The notes under the pieces: model-generated
What the model saw: the letters and a program-made list of their open reading frames with translations, nothing else
Databases searched by the model: none
What the model was told of the DNA's origin: nothing
Translations under genes and position numbers: made by a program
Assembly: GCF_001462395.1 (NCBI RefSeq)
Contig: NZ_LNTB01000001.1
Location: 750,001 to 782,000, forward strand
DNA: 32,000 bases
From: Pyrodictium occultum
GTDB lineage: Archaea > Thermoproteota > Thermoprotei_A > Sulfolobales > Pyrodictiaceae
Direction: 5' to 3'
In this document: positions 15,444 through 24,103 of the stretch, piece after piece
Numbering within the stretch: position 1 is the stretch's first letter
Layout of the letters: each line of letters starts with the position of its first letter

Positions 15444-15935
15444 TTGGCGAGCCCTATACTTGTTGACTCAACCGTGCTCTCTAGGCTGGTCCTCGGTGAG
15501 AGCGGTGCAGACTTCGCCGTCAATATTTTCAGCCGGGCCGAGGAGGGCAGCGATGACATCGTGATACCCAGCACGGCTGTGGTCGAGGCTCTCTCCAAGA
15601 CCGCTGTAGCCGCGGCGGCAGCAGTCACGGGAGCGGGGCTGCCGGAGAGCATCGAGAAGCTTGAGTCCAGCAGCGAGGTTAGGGCCAGGGCCCTTGAGGC
15701 GGTGGAGAAGCTTGCATCCTATATAGCCCGGCTGGCCCGGATAGGGAGGCTTACAGTCTACAGCGTGAACGTGGAAGACATAGCCAGGGCTGTGGAGCTG
15801 GCACGGAGGCACGAGCTGGGCCTCAGCGAGGCCATAACCCTAGCGGTGGCGGAGAGGCTGCGCATCCAGAAGATAGCGACCTTCAGCAAGCGGCTCCGGA
15901 GGGTGAAAGGCTACACGTACATGCCGTCCAGCTAA
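15444..15935 (+). CDS. PIN-domain (VapC-like) protein with atypical acidic-residue set
   Basis: TTG start preceded by GGGTGATAGGGG (SD). ILVDSTVL gives the first PIN Asp and STAVVEAL the Glu. LSEAITLAVAE has Glu where Asp is usual, and ATFSKRL has Ser where the fourth Asp is usual. An Ala-rich insert sits in the middle. Confidence 0.55.
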   Translation: MASPILVDSTVLSRLVLGESGADFAVNIFSRAEEGSDDIVIPSTAVVEALSKTAVAAAAAVTGAGLPESIEKLESSSEVRARALEAVEKLASYIARLARIGRLTVYSVNVEDIARAVELARRHELGLSEAITLAVAERLRIQKIATFSKRLRRVKGYTYMPSS

Positions 15936-15990
15936 CCCCCTTTCTAGCCTCCTCTTACACCCCTCGGGCGCTCCAGGGGTATACTTCCGC

Positions 15991-17283
15991 TCAGTAGACG
16001 TCAATACCAGCTCCCAGCGACTGGAGGGAGCCCAGCACTCCTGGGGCAACATCCTCTATCCTCTCGACGCCCTTTACAACCCCTCTGCCCGCCTTCATGA
16101 ACCTCGCGAGAGCGGCCACGCAGTAGGCCGGCTCCCCGCACTCTATCCTGGCCAGCCCGGGCTCTCCGGGCTCTTGCTCGGCCGCTACGAGCCTATCACC
16201 ATCCTCGATGTACACCTCCACGCCAAGCTGGTGCAGGAAGGCTTCGAAGCCCTCGTCCAGCAGCCCCTCGAGGACAGCGGAGCGCAGCCCGGTGACTGTT
16301 AGCCTAGCCCATGCCGCCGTGTAGGCGGCTGCGAAGAAGACGTAGCCTGGGTCCTCGCTCAGGCTCACTACAGCCGAGGAGGGGGCGAAGGAGTCTACAT
16401 GCAGGCTGCAGTCCCGGCCGCACTCTACCCTGGCCTCGAACCCGGAGGCCTTCAGGAGGTACTCGAGGCCGGAGAGGCCCTCGCCCCCCGGTAGGCCGGA
16501 GACTTCCAATCCACCCTCCATGCAGGGTGAGGCTAGGGCCAGCAGCAGCGCCGTCTCGTGCAGCCCCGGCTCGGCGCGGAGGAGACGCGGGCCGCCGGCC
16601 TCCCGGGGCGCCACCTCTACCCACCTACCCTCCTCCACCCGGAAGCCTGCCTCGCGGAGAGCGTGCTTCATGCCCTCCAGCCTCTTAGCCGCCTTAACTC
16701 CAGAGCCGTAGACCAGCAGCCTTCCTCCCCCCGCGGCGGCCAGGGCCGCCAGCACCCCGGCGGCCACGTAGCCCGGAGGGCTCTGGAGCCTAGCTACCCG
16801 CCCGGCCCCAGTGTAGGCGGCAGGCTCGACCACAATGAGCCTCGCCGGGCCCCCGCCGGGCCATGCGCGGCCGCCTACAGCGGTCACGGCCTCTATTATA
16901 GGCCGGAGACTGTAGGCTAGCGGCCGCCTGGAAGCCCCGCGTACCACGAACTGCCCGCCGGGCGGCAGGCGGACGGCGGCGAGAGGGGCCAGGAGCCCCG
17001 GCACCAGCAGCCCGCAGGAGGTATCCACTACTACTCTAGAGCCCGGCTCGCCCCCCTCATCGCGTATGTGGAGCCGCGTGGAGGAGACCCACTCTACACG
17101 GTAGCCTAGCCCCCCTAGGGCCTTCGCCATGTCCCGAATGCAGCGGCTCTCCATCCTAAGGTTGTCAACCTCGCCCCCGCCGCCGGCCGCGGCCGCTACA
17201 ATCTTGACCATTGAGTCCCAGAGGGATGGCGTAGCCTCCACCCTCCCCGACACTCCCCTGCAGCCTACCACCCTGGCCTTCAT
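15991..17283 (-). CDS. EPSP synthase (AroA)-fold protein lacking the canonical catalytic motifs; function unclear
   Basis: 430 aa, AroA-like length and collinearity: GRVEATPSLWDSMVKIV...DNLRMESRCIRDMAKALGGLG at the N-terminus, and ASRRPLAYSLRPIIEAV (cf. RxRP...L..aL). P[GQ]SKS is replaced by PSLWDS, SSQ[FY] by SPPGY, R[VI]KE[ST]DR by RSAVLEG, and DHR[IMV]AM by GEPAYCV. Confidence 0.55.
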   Translation of the reverse strand: MKARVVGCRGVSGRVEATPSLWDSMVKIVAAAAGGGGEVDNLRMESRCIRDMAKALGGLGYRVEWVSSTRLHIRDEGGEPGSRVVVDTSCGLLVPGLLAPLAAVRLPPGGQFVVRGASRRPLAYSLRPIIEAVTAVGGRAWPGGGPARLIVVEPAAYTGAGRVARLQSPPGYVAAGVLAALAAAGGGRLLVYGSGVKAAKRLEGMKHALREAGFRVEEGRWVEVAPREAGGPRLLRAEPGLHETALLLALASPCMEGGLEVSGLPGGEGLSGLEYLLKASGFEARVECGRDCSLHVDSFAPSSAVVSLSEDPGYVFFAAAYTAAWARLTVTGLRSAVLEGLLDEGFEAFLHQLGVEVYIEDGDRLVAAEQEPGEPGLARIECGEPAYCVAALARFMKAGRGVVKGVERIEDVAPGVLGSLQSLGAGIDVY

Positions 17284-17412
17284 AGCGTCTACACCGTGTA
17301 GAGGCCCGTGGGGTCAGGGCGCGAAACCCTCCGCACTGGCTGCCTTCGGGCCTCGGAGGGCAACCGTAAGGGCCCAGCTCATCACCCCTGGCCTGGGCGT
17401 CCGGCGCGAGGC

Positions 17413-17419
17413 ATTATTA
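17413..17419. promoter_or_regulatory. Only A/T-rich element (ATTATTA) in the 296-nt GC-rich divergent intergenic region
   Basis: Centrally placed, about 130 nt from the AroA-like start (17283) and about 160 nt from the FkbM start (17580). If it is the TATA box, both mRNAs carry leaders longer than 100 nt. Confidence 0.3.
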
Positions 17420-17579
17420 GGGGAGGTGCCCAGCTGCTCATAAGAGCTGCTCCTGTAGGCAGCACGCCCCCGGGGATGAGGCCTGGGGGCTCCACGAGCC
17501 CCGGCCCTAGGGGCGGTGAAGAGTAGTCCCATCACCGACCTCCCTACGGGAGGAGCTATACCCGGGGGGACGCTGCTGG

Positions 17580-18428
17580 TTGGCTGCCGGCGAGTGGGGC
17601 TTAGAGCCCCGTGACGAGGAATACCTGGAGTGGCTCCTCGAAGCGTCGCGGGGCTGTATAGAGGGGCGGGAGGCGGCGCACCTGCTCGACGCTACTCTCT
17701 CCGGCTGCAGGGGCATTGTTGAGGTCAGGCTGGGGGAGGCACTCTTCCTCATCCCGTGCAGCCAGCTCCCGGAGGCCTGGGCCAACCTGGTGCACGTCTA
17801 CTGCCTCAACGACTACCGGGTGGGCGAGCTGCTAGAGGTTAGGCCGGGCGACGTGGTAATCGATGCAGGCAGCTATCTAGGCTTCTTCGCGGTCAGGGCC
17901 GCGCTGCTCATGAGGCGCCGCGGCCTAGTTGTAGCGGTCGAGCCAAACCCCTACGCGAGGCAAATACTCTATGCAAACCTCGAGGCTAACGGCCTCGAGA
18001 ACGTGGCCCGGGTAGACCCGAGAGCTCTTGCCGGCTGCAGCAGCTGCACCCGCAGCCTCTACTTGGCGGAGCCCTGGGTGAACACGAGCACCATGCCCGG
18101 CTACCTTGAGTACATGGGCGCCGATAGGACGGGGAGGCTCCAAGTGCCCGCCGTGGGGCTCCCGAGGCTGCTGGCCAGCCACGGGCTCGGGCGGGTCGAC
18201 CTCCTGAAACTCGATATAGAAGGGGCAGAGCTCGAAGTCCTGGAGCACGCTGCCAGGGAGGGGCTCCTGGGCCCCGACAGGGTTAAGCAGCTAGTGGTCG
18301 AGACGCACCCGCCGCTTGTAGAGCCCTCCCGGGTCGAAGCCCTGCTCCGCCTCAGCGGGTATAACACGCACACTATGGCCCTGGGCGAGCAATGGAGGCA
18401 GGCGGTAGTGGTGGCGGTGCAGCCCTAG
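17580..18428 (+). CDS. FkbM-family SAM-dependent methyltransferase
   Basis: VVIDAGSYLGFFAV is SAM motif I, and DLLKLDIEGAELEVLEHA is the FkbM-family signature (K[IL]D[IV]EG[AS]E). TTG is the first possible start in the frame. Confidence 0.8.
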   Translation: MAAGEWGLEPRDEEYLEWLLEASRGCIEGREAAHLLDATLSGCRGIVEVRLGEALFLIPCSQLPEAWANLVHVYCLNDYRVGELLEVRPGDVVIDAGSYLGFFAVRAALLMRRRGLVVAVEPNPYARQILYANLEANGLENVARVDPRALAGCSSCTRSLYLAEPWVNTSTMPGYLEYMGADRTGRLQVPAVGLPRLLASHGLGRVDLLKLDIEGAELEVLEHAAREGLLGPDRVKQLVVETHPPLVEPSRVEALLRLSGYNTHTMALGEQWRQAVVVAVQP

Positions 18429-18556
18429 CGTGCCTGGCACCTGGGGGTCAGCACGGCCTCCCTGCTCACTCCGGCCGGGGGTTCCAGGGCTCCCCGCCGG
18501 TCGCCGGGGGTTCAAGCAGTTATCAAGAGCTACATCATCCCTCCGGGGCTTCTCCC

Positions 18557-19771
18557 CTACTCCCTCTTCACAAGCCTCTCCGGCTTGTAGAGCTTTGCGG
18601 CGGCGGCCACAGAGACCGCGGCGAGCACCGATATGACAAGCGTGTGGGCCAGTGCTGCCCCCGTGTAGCCTAGGGCATAGTCTTCAATTGCCTCGGCGGT
18701 ATGGATGTAGGGTATAGCATAGAGCAGTATTCTTATCCACTCCGGGAGCGTGTTTAGATCCACGAAGAGCACCGAGAAGAACACCATGAGCGCCGCGCTT
18801 GTCACGAGGCTCGTCGCGAGGATTGCCGCCCTCTGACCCGGCACCAGCAGGGTTAGGAGCATTGTAAACGAGGCCGTCACAATAATGGCCAGCACGACCT
18901 GGAGAGCGTGGAACAGTATCATATCGGGCCCTACCGTGGCCGAGACGGCCTCGGCATAAGCCACTGCTGCCAGCGCGTCGAGCCCGCCTGCAAGGAGGGC
19001 GGCCGTGATGGACCCCAGAGTCTTGCCCAGCACTAGCTCGACGCCAGTGATAGGGGTCACAGCGAGCACTTCCCCCGTCCCCCGGGCCCTCTCCCTGGTT
19101 ATGGAGTCTGATACGGCCATAGCAGCAGGGTTGAGCAGGAAGAACACTGAGAACGCTAGGAACCTGGCGACGCTGGCCCTCTCCTCCAGCTGCGGCGGGG
19201 CCCTCTGCCCGGTAGCGGTGACCGTCTCCGACACTACCTCAACCGGGTGGAGTACGTGGGCGACGTCAATCCGCCGGCCAGCTAGGCTGGCCAGCTTCTC
19301 TACCCGCTGCAGCGCGAGCCTCTCGGAGAACTTGGAGACCACACTGTAGGCTAGGCTCAGCGCGTCACTGGCAGCGGGGTTGCCCACAACCTGGTACACC
19401 ATTATGACGACAGGCTTGTCTATTGCCGTGGCGTTCGCGCTAAATCCTGGGGGCAGCGCTATGGCCGCTACTGCTCCCCGCGGTGGCCTGCAGCTGGAGC
19501 TGTTGACAATAGCAGCCCTGAACCCGGGGCTGCCGGCGAACACGTCGTAGAGGCTCCTGGCCAGGCTCTCAGCCGGGGCGCCCCGGTCGCACACGACTAT
19601 GGCTACGAGGGCTGCCTGCTGCGTCTTCAGCCCGGTAACCAGGAGCCCCAGGAGGGGGAAGAGGAAGGCCGATATCGCCATTAGCGCTAGGCTCCTCCTG
19701 TCACGTAGCAGCTCTAGGGCCTCCTTCCTAGCTAGCACGGCGAGCCGGTAGCTGTGGACGAGCCGTGCCAC
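18557..19771 (-). CDS. ABC-2 type transporter permease
   Basis: 404 aa. N-terminal LARKEALELLRDRRSLALMAISAFLFPLLG, then a large extracytoplasmic loop and about 5 C-terminal TM helices. GTG start 6 nt after the ABC ATPase stop, preceded by GAGGTGGAG. Confidence 0.75.
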   Translation of the reverse strand: MARLVHSYRLAVLARKEALELLRDRRSLALMAISAFLFPLLGLLVTGLKTQQAALVAIVVCDRGAPAESLARSLYDVFAGSPGFRAAIVNSSSCRPPRGAVAAIALPPGFSANATAIDKPVVIMVYQVVGNPAASDALSLAYSVVSKFSERLALQRVEKLASLAGRRIDVAHVLHPVEVVSETVTATGQRAPPQLEERASVARFLAFSVFFLLNPAAMAVSDSITRERARGTGEVLAVTPITGVELVLGKTLGSITAALLAGGLDALAAVAYAEAVSATVGPDMILFHALQVVLAIIVTASFTMLLTLLVPGQRAAILATSLVTSAALMVFFSVLFVDLNTLPEWIRILLYAIPYIHTAEAIEDYALGYTGAALAHTLVISVLAAVSVAAAAKLYKPERLVKRE

Positions 19772-19777
19772 TCCACC

Positions 19778-20524
19778 TCACCGCCCCAGCGTGGCCTTTA
19801 CGAAGGCCTCCTCCAGGTCCCTGGCGCCGTACCTCTCCACCAGCTCCCGGGGCTCGCCCTCGTCCACTACCATGCCGCGGGCCATGAAGGCTACACGGTC
19901 GGCGAGCCTCTCAACCTCGAGCATGTTGTGGCTGGTAACGAGCACAGCCCGGCCCTCGCTCGTCGCCCGGCGTATCAGCTGCCTTATCCTCACGGCGGCG
20001 TACACGTCTAGCCCGGAGGTGGGCTCGTCTAGGACCAGCAGGGGCGTTTCAAGGGCGAGTGCCAGCGCCAGCACAAGCCTCCTCTTCATGCCCTTGCTGT
20101 AGCTCTCCACGGGCCTGTTGAGGTGCTCCCCGAGCTCCGAGAGCCTGGAGGCCCTCTCAACAATCTCCTCCGCCTCCCTTGGCAACCCGGTGTAGAGGGC
20201 GGCGTAGAACCAGAGATGCTCGTACCCGGTGAGCCGGGGATATACGGCGGTCTCCTCGGGGACGTAGGCGGCGAGCCCATAGGCGCCCCGGGCCCGGTAG
20301 GGATCCACGCCGCAGATCCTAACCCTGCCCTCGTCAGGCTTGTAGATGCCGAGTATCATCCTCAGCGTTGTGGTCTTCCCTGCCCCGTTTGGCCCGACTA
20401 GCGCGAACACACTGCCCGCGGGAACCCTCAGGGAGATGGGCCCTATAACCGGGCCCCGCCGGAACCGCTTGACGAGCCCCTCCGCGGCCAGAACCTCGCC
20501 CCTACATCGCCTGGCTGGCTTCAA
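19778..20524 (-). CDS. ABC transporter ATP-binding protein
   Basis: GPNGAGKTTTL (Walker A), YSKGMKRRLVLA (ABC signature region), LLVLDEPTSGLD (Walker B), VLVTSHNM (H-loop). Confidence 0.9.
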   Translation of the reverse strand: MKPARRCRGEVLAAEGLVKRFRRGPVIGPISLRVPAGSVFALVGPNGAGKTTTLRMILGIYKPDEGRVRICGVDPYRARGAYGLAAYVPEETAVYPRLTGYEHLWFYAALYTGLPREAEEIVERASRLSELGEHLNRPVESYSKGMKRRLVLALALALETPLLVLDEPTSGLDVYAAVRIRQLIRRATSEGRAVLVTSHNMLEVERLADRVAFMARGMVVDEGEPRELVERYGARDLEEAFVKATLGR

Positions 20525-21203
20525 GCGTGGCAGCCCCTTTCCTCGGAGGCGCGAGCACCACTATGGTCTTCTCGCTTGGCAGCTCCTCGCGGCTCAGCTC
20601 CAGCGTGTTGGAGTCTAGGCGTACTACACGCCACTTCTTAGCGTAGCGTAGCAGCTCGTCAAGAGGCTCCAAGGGGAGCTGTATGCCCGGCAGCCAGTAG
20701 TGCATAGGCACCACTACCCGTGCCCCCAGGGCCTCGGCGGCCTCAAGCGCCTGCCTGGGATGCAGCGTGTACACATCGCCGGCGGGTATGAGGGCTACGT
20801 CAACCTTGCCTATGGCCTCAGCCTCCTCCTCGCGCAGTGCGCGGCCAAGATCGCTTAGATGCACCAGGCTCAGCCCCTCGGCCTCAACCCGGTAGGCTAC
20901 CACGAAGCCCCTCAGCCTGCCCTCAAACTCGTCGTGGGGCAGCCTCACACCCCGGACCCGGAAAGGGCCCAGCTCGAAGTCCCCGGTCTCCTCCCTCACA
21001 ACCACCGTGTGCTTGCCCGAGACCTTCTCCACGGCATTGTGGTCGTAGTGCTCGTGCGTCACCAGGACGTAGTCGGCAACAACCATGGGCGCCTCGAAGC
21101 CGACGCCAAGGCTGCCCCCGTCGTGGGGGTCTATTACCAGCCTCTTGCCGCCAGCCTCTATCTCGAAGCAGGCGTGCAGCCACCATCTCAGCTTGAGCGG
21201 CAT
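20502..21203 (-). CDS. Metallo-beta-lactamase-fold hydrolase (UPF0173-like)
   Basis: VLVTHEHYDHN is the HxHxDH motif, with a later PMHYW His. It overlaps the ABC ATPase start by 23 nt, so a three-gene operon is likely. A possible TATA (CTTTATAG on the minus strand) lies at 21294-21301. Confidence 0.8.
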   Translation of the reverse strand: MPLKLRWWLHACFEIEAGGKRLVIDPHDGGSLGVGFEAPMVVADYVLVTHEHYDHNAVEKVSGKHTVVVREETGDFELGPFRVRGVRLPHDEFEGRLRGFVVAYRVEAEGLSLVHLSDLGRALREEEAEAIGKVDVALIPAGDVYTLHPRQALEAAEALGARVVVPMHYWLPGIQLPLEPLDELLRYAKKWRVVRLDSNTLELSREELPSEKTIVVLAPPRKGAATLEASQAM

Positions 21204-21319
21204 TTTGCCCTACCTGCCTGCCCCCTTGCTGCTCCCTCGACGGCCCTGGTGGGGGCCTCTCCGCTGAGAAGGGGGCGCGTGCCCCTGGTAGGGCTATAAA
21301 GAGGATCCCTCGCCGGCGG

Positions 21320-21901
21320 CTAGCTTGAGAGCACGTCGCTGAGCGCTCTGACCTGCGCCTTAGCCTGGCTTCTGGCGGTGTTGGTAAGGATGTAGCGGCA
21401 GTATATTCTGCCGTCCCTCTCTATGCACTCTATCTGGTCGGATGGCAGCTTGGCCAGCTCCTCTGCCTTTAGGGTTAACTTGGCGTCGAGGGCCCTGGCT
21501 ATCCTTCTCTCGTAGCCCTTCTGGCTAAGCGAGGAGGCAGCTGTGTATATCTCCACGGCCTTCGAGGGGTCCTCGAACTCCAGGAGGCCGCTGCGCCAGA
21601 GGACGGCCAGGTAGGCGGCAGACGCCTTGTAGTCCCCCACCAGGTCGGCGAACTCGCGGAAGCTGGGCTTGGTGCCGCGCGACTTGGCTGCAAGCACTGA
21701 GCGGAATAGCGCGTACTCTAGCCTTGCCAGCTTGCCCTCGTCGACCTCGAGGATCTTCTTGCTGGGGGTGCGGATCCTGATCCGGGGCCTTGGAAGGGCG
21801 TAGACCTTTAACTGGAACCGCCCGGCACTCAGGGCCTTGCGGGCCTCCTCTATGCCCGATTCCACGAGCCGGGCCAGGTCCAGCGTAGGGGCGGCCGACA
21901 C
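21320..21901 (-). CDS. Hypothetical protein (193 aa)
   Basis: GTG-initiated ORF that fills the gap between flanking genes. Mostly helical-looking. No motif recognised. Confidence 0.5.
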   Translation of the reverse strand: MSAAPTLDLARLVESGIEEARKALSAGRFQLKVYALPRPRIRIRTPSKKILEVDEGKLARLEYALFRSVLAAKSRGTKPSFREFADLVGDYKASAAYLAVLWRSGLLEFEDPSKAVEIYTAASSLSQKGYERRIARALDAKLTLKAEELAKLPSDQIECIERDGRIYCRYILTNTARSQAKAQVRALSDVLSS

Positions 21902-22032
21902 GCCTCGGCACCCCCGTGCCGGATATTCCCCTGTGGCATTGCGTCCTGGAGGTGTCCCTCTTATTCAACCCAGCGGTGCACCCCAGGAGTCCGGGGCCAA
22001 GGGTCTATGTGTGAGGGTGCAGGGAGGCTGCT

Positions 22033-23949
22033 ATGCCGCGTGAACGGGCTCTAAGCAAGCTTAATAACATAATTAACGCTATAAATGAGCGGCTTACCTA
22101 TGTCGAGCGCTGGCTCGTCATAAGCACGGCTACAGCTATAATATCGTCGCTAGCCATCGGCCTATTCTATGTAATGCTGCACATAGTGACCTTCATTATG
22201 TCGCACCTACATGGGCTCAATTTCGCGCTGGGCCTCCACGGAGTCTCCGACTACGCCATAATAGCCCTCAAGAGCCGGAACAAGTATATAATACCCTTAA
22301 CCGTTGTAGCTGGCGCCGCCCTAGCAGCGGTCATAGTCTACCGCTGGGCGCCAGAGGCCGAGGGCGGAGGCACCGACGCCATAGTTGAAGCCTACCACCA
22401 CGGGGCAGGTATAGTTAGGCCCAGGGTTGCCCTAGTCAAGGCGGTGGCCTCCGCCCTGCTCCTCGGCACCGGGGGGAGCGGGGGCCCCGAGGGCCCGGCG
22501 GTCCAGATAGGCGGCGCCGCCGGCTCCTTTGCCTCAATGCTCCTAAGGCTCAGCGTTGAGGAGAGAAAGATAGCTGTCATAGCAGGCGTGGCTGCAGCCC
22601 TCTCATTTATATTCAAGAGCCCGGTGGGTGCTGCGATATTCGCTGTGGAGGTGCTCTACGAGCAGGACATGGAGGTTGCTGCGCTCATCCCGTCGCTCTT
22701 CGCATCGGTTATAGCGTATGCACTCTCGCTGCACATACTGGGGCCCGAGTACAGGCTACCCTCCATAGCAGTCAGCAACATTCTCAACCTCTACAGCATC
22801 AGCGCTGTGGCCTCATACATACTCCTCGGGCTGTTCGTCGCACCCTTCGCCTACCTCTACGTATTCACCTTCCGCCGGATCAGGGAGAGTATGAACACAC
22901 TAGTGGAGAAGAGGAAGATTCCAGTGTATGTTAAGCCCGTCATAGGCGCCCTCTTTGTCGGCACGATAGGCCTTCTGGTGCCACACATACTGGGCACGGG
23001 GGAGGAGCTCCTCACAGAGATGCTCAGGGCGTTCCAGTCGATAGGAGAAGCCAGCGTGGCAAGGATTCTCGGGAGCCTCCACGTAGGCCTGCTCATGGCC
23101 CTATTCCTGCTGGCGGTGCTAAAGATATTGGCCACGTCACTTACCGTCGGCAGCGGCGGCAGCGGCGGCCTCCTAGCCCCAGGCCTCTACGCCGGCGCCA
23201 TGGTTGGGGAGCTATTCGGCCTCATCATGGAGGGCCATACCACTGTCAGGCCCGCGCTCTACGCCTACCTAGGCATGGCCGCCCTCTTCGGCGCGGCCTC
23301 CAAGGTTCCGGTCGGCCTCTCCTTCCTGGTGGCCGAGATAGGGGGCAGCCCGGCACTCATAGTGCCCGCATTGATAACCTCCCTGACAGCCTCGCTGGCT
23401 ACGCGCGGCATAACTATAGTGGAGTCCCAGCTGCCGCACCCCATATCCCCGCGCATATTCACTGCTGAGTCACTGCTCCAGCTCATACGGGAGTATGGTG
23501 TGTGCATCCCGGTAGACAAATTAGTTAACAAGAGCCCCATCACTGCCAACTGGAATGAGAAGCTGGGCGAGGCAATCCACAAGATGATCAACAGCCGTCA
23601 GCACATAATACCGGTGGTGGATGATAATGGGCGTGTGGTTGGCGTCCTGGATCCCGGCTACGCCGGCCTAGACCTGCGCTACGCTCTCCGCTCCAATGAG
23701 CCGGTTGCGGAGGTCTCGCTCTCGCAGGCCCCTCTGGTGAGGCTAGGCGACTGTGTGACGAGGGCCCTGGAGCAGATGGTCCTCTATGGTACCGACTATG
23801 TCATAGTAGTGGATAATATGCTCCGGTACGTGGGGGTCGTCACCCTAGAGGATCTCGTTAGAACCTTGTTCCCGATGATCATAGGGAGGCTGAGGCAGGA
23901 GAGGGGTGTACTCACCAGCCAGGCTGGCCATGGGCTGCAAGCCGGATAA
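22033..23949 (+). CDS. ClC-family voltage-gated chloride channel / H+-Cl- antiporter with C-terminal CBS pair
   Basis: GGSGGPEGPAVQIGG (cf. ClC G[SK]EGP selectivity motif), GSGGSGGLLAPGLYAGA (cf. GxFxP), more than 10 TM segments. The C-terminal ~150 aa shows CBS-like IIPVVDDNGRVVGVL and YVIVVDNMLRYVGVVTLEDL. A GGGAGG SD lies 5 nt upstream of the ATG. Confidence 0.9.
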   Translation: MPRERALSKLNNIINAINERLTYVERWLVISTATAIISSLAIGLFYVMLHIVTFIMSHLHGLNFALGLHGVSDYAIIALKSRNKYIIPLTVVAGAALAAVIVYRWAPEAEGGGTDAIVEAYHHGAGIVRPRVALVKAVASALLLGTGGSGGPEGPAVQIGGAAGSFASMLLRLSVEERKIAVIAGVAAALSFIFKSPVGAAIFAVEVLYEQDMEVAALIPSLFASVIAYALSLHILGPEYRLPSIAVSNILNLYSISAVASYILLGLFVAPFAYLYVFTFRRIRESMNTLVEKRKIPVYVKPVIGALFVGTIGLLVPHILGTGEELLTEMLRAFQSIGEASVARILGSLHVGLLMALFLLAVLKILATSLTVGSGGSGGLLAPGLYAGAMVGELFGLIMEGHTTVRPALYAYLGMAALFGAASKVPVGLSFLVAEIGGSPALIVPALITSLTASLATRGITIVESQLPHPISPRIFTAESLLQLIREYGVCIPVDKLVNKSPITANWNEKLGEAIHKMINSRQHIIPVVDDNGRVVGVLDPGYAGLDLRYALRSNEPVAEVSLSQAPLVRLGDCVTRALEQMVLYGTDYVIVVDNMLRYVGVVTLEDLVRTLFPMIIGRLRQERGVLTSQAGHGLQAG

Positions 23950-24103
23950 ACCCCGGAGAGGTCCCCCGGGTATTCACCTGGGAGGCAGTGATGTGGAATC
24001 CGGGAGCGTAGATCAGTGCATCCCGGATGCAGACCGCATACTAGGCTGAGCCTCCACCCCTCCCGCCGTCTAGGTGGTCTAGACCGCCTGGTGATGCTCG
24101 GCC

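Noticed and set aside
17327-17392. C/D-box sRNA on the minus strand: GTGATGA (plus 17379-17385) ... CTGA, with a GGG/CCC terminal stem.
   Set aside because: 61 nt separate the C and D boxes, there are no internal D'/C' boxes, and the interior is occupied by a stable hairpin. That is not the 12-nt-guide architecture of archaeal C/D sRNAs.
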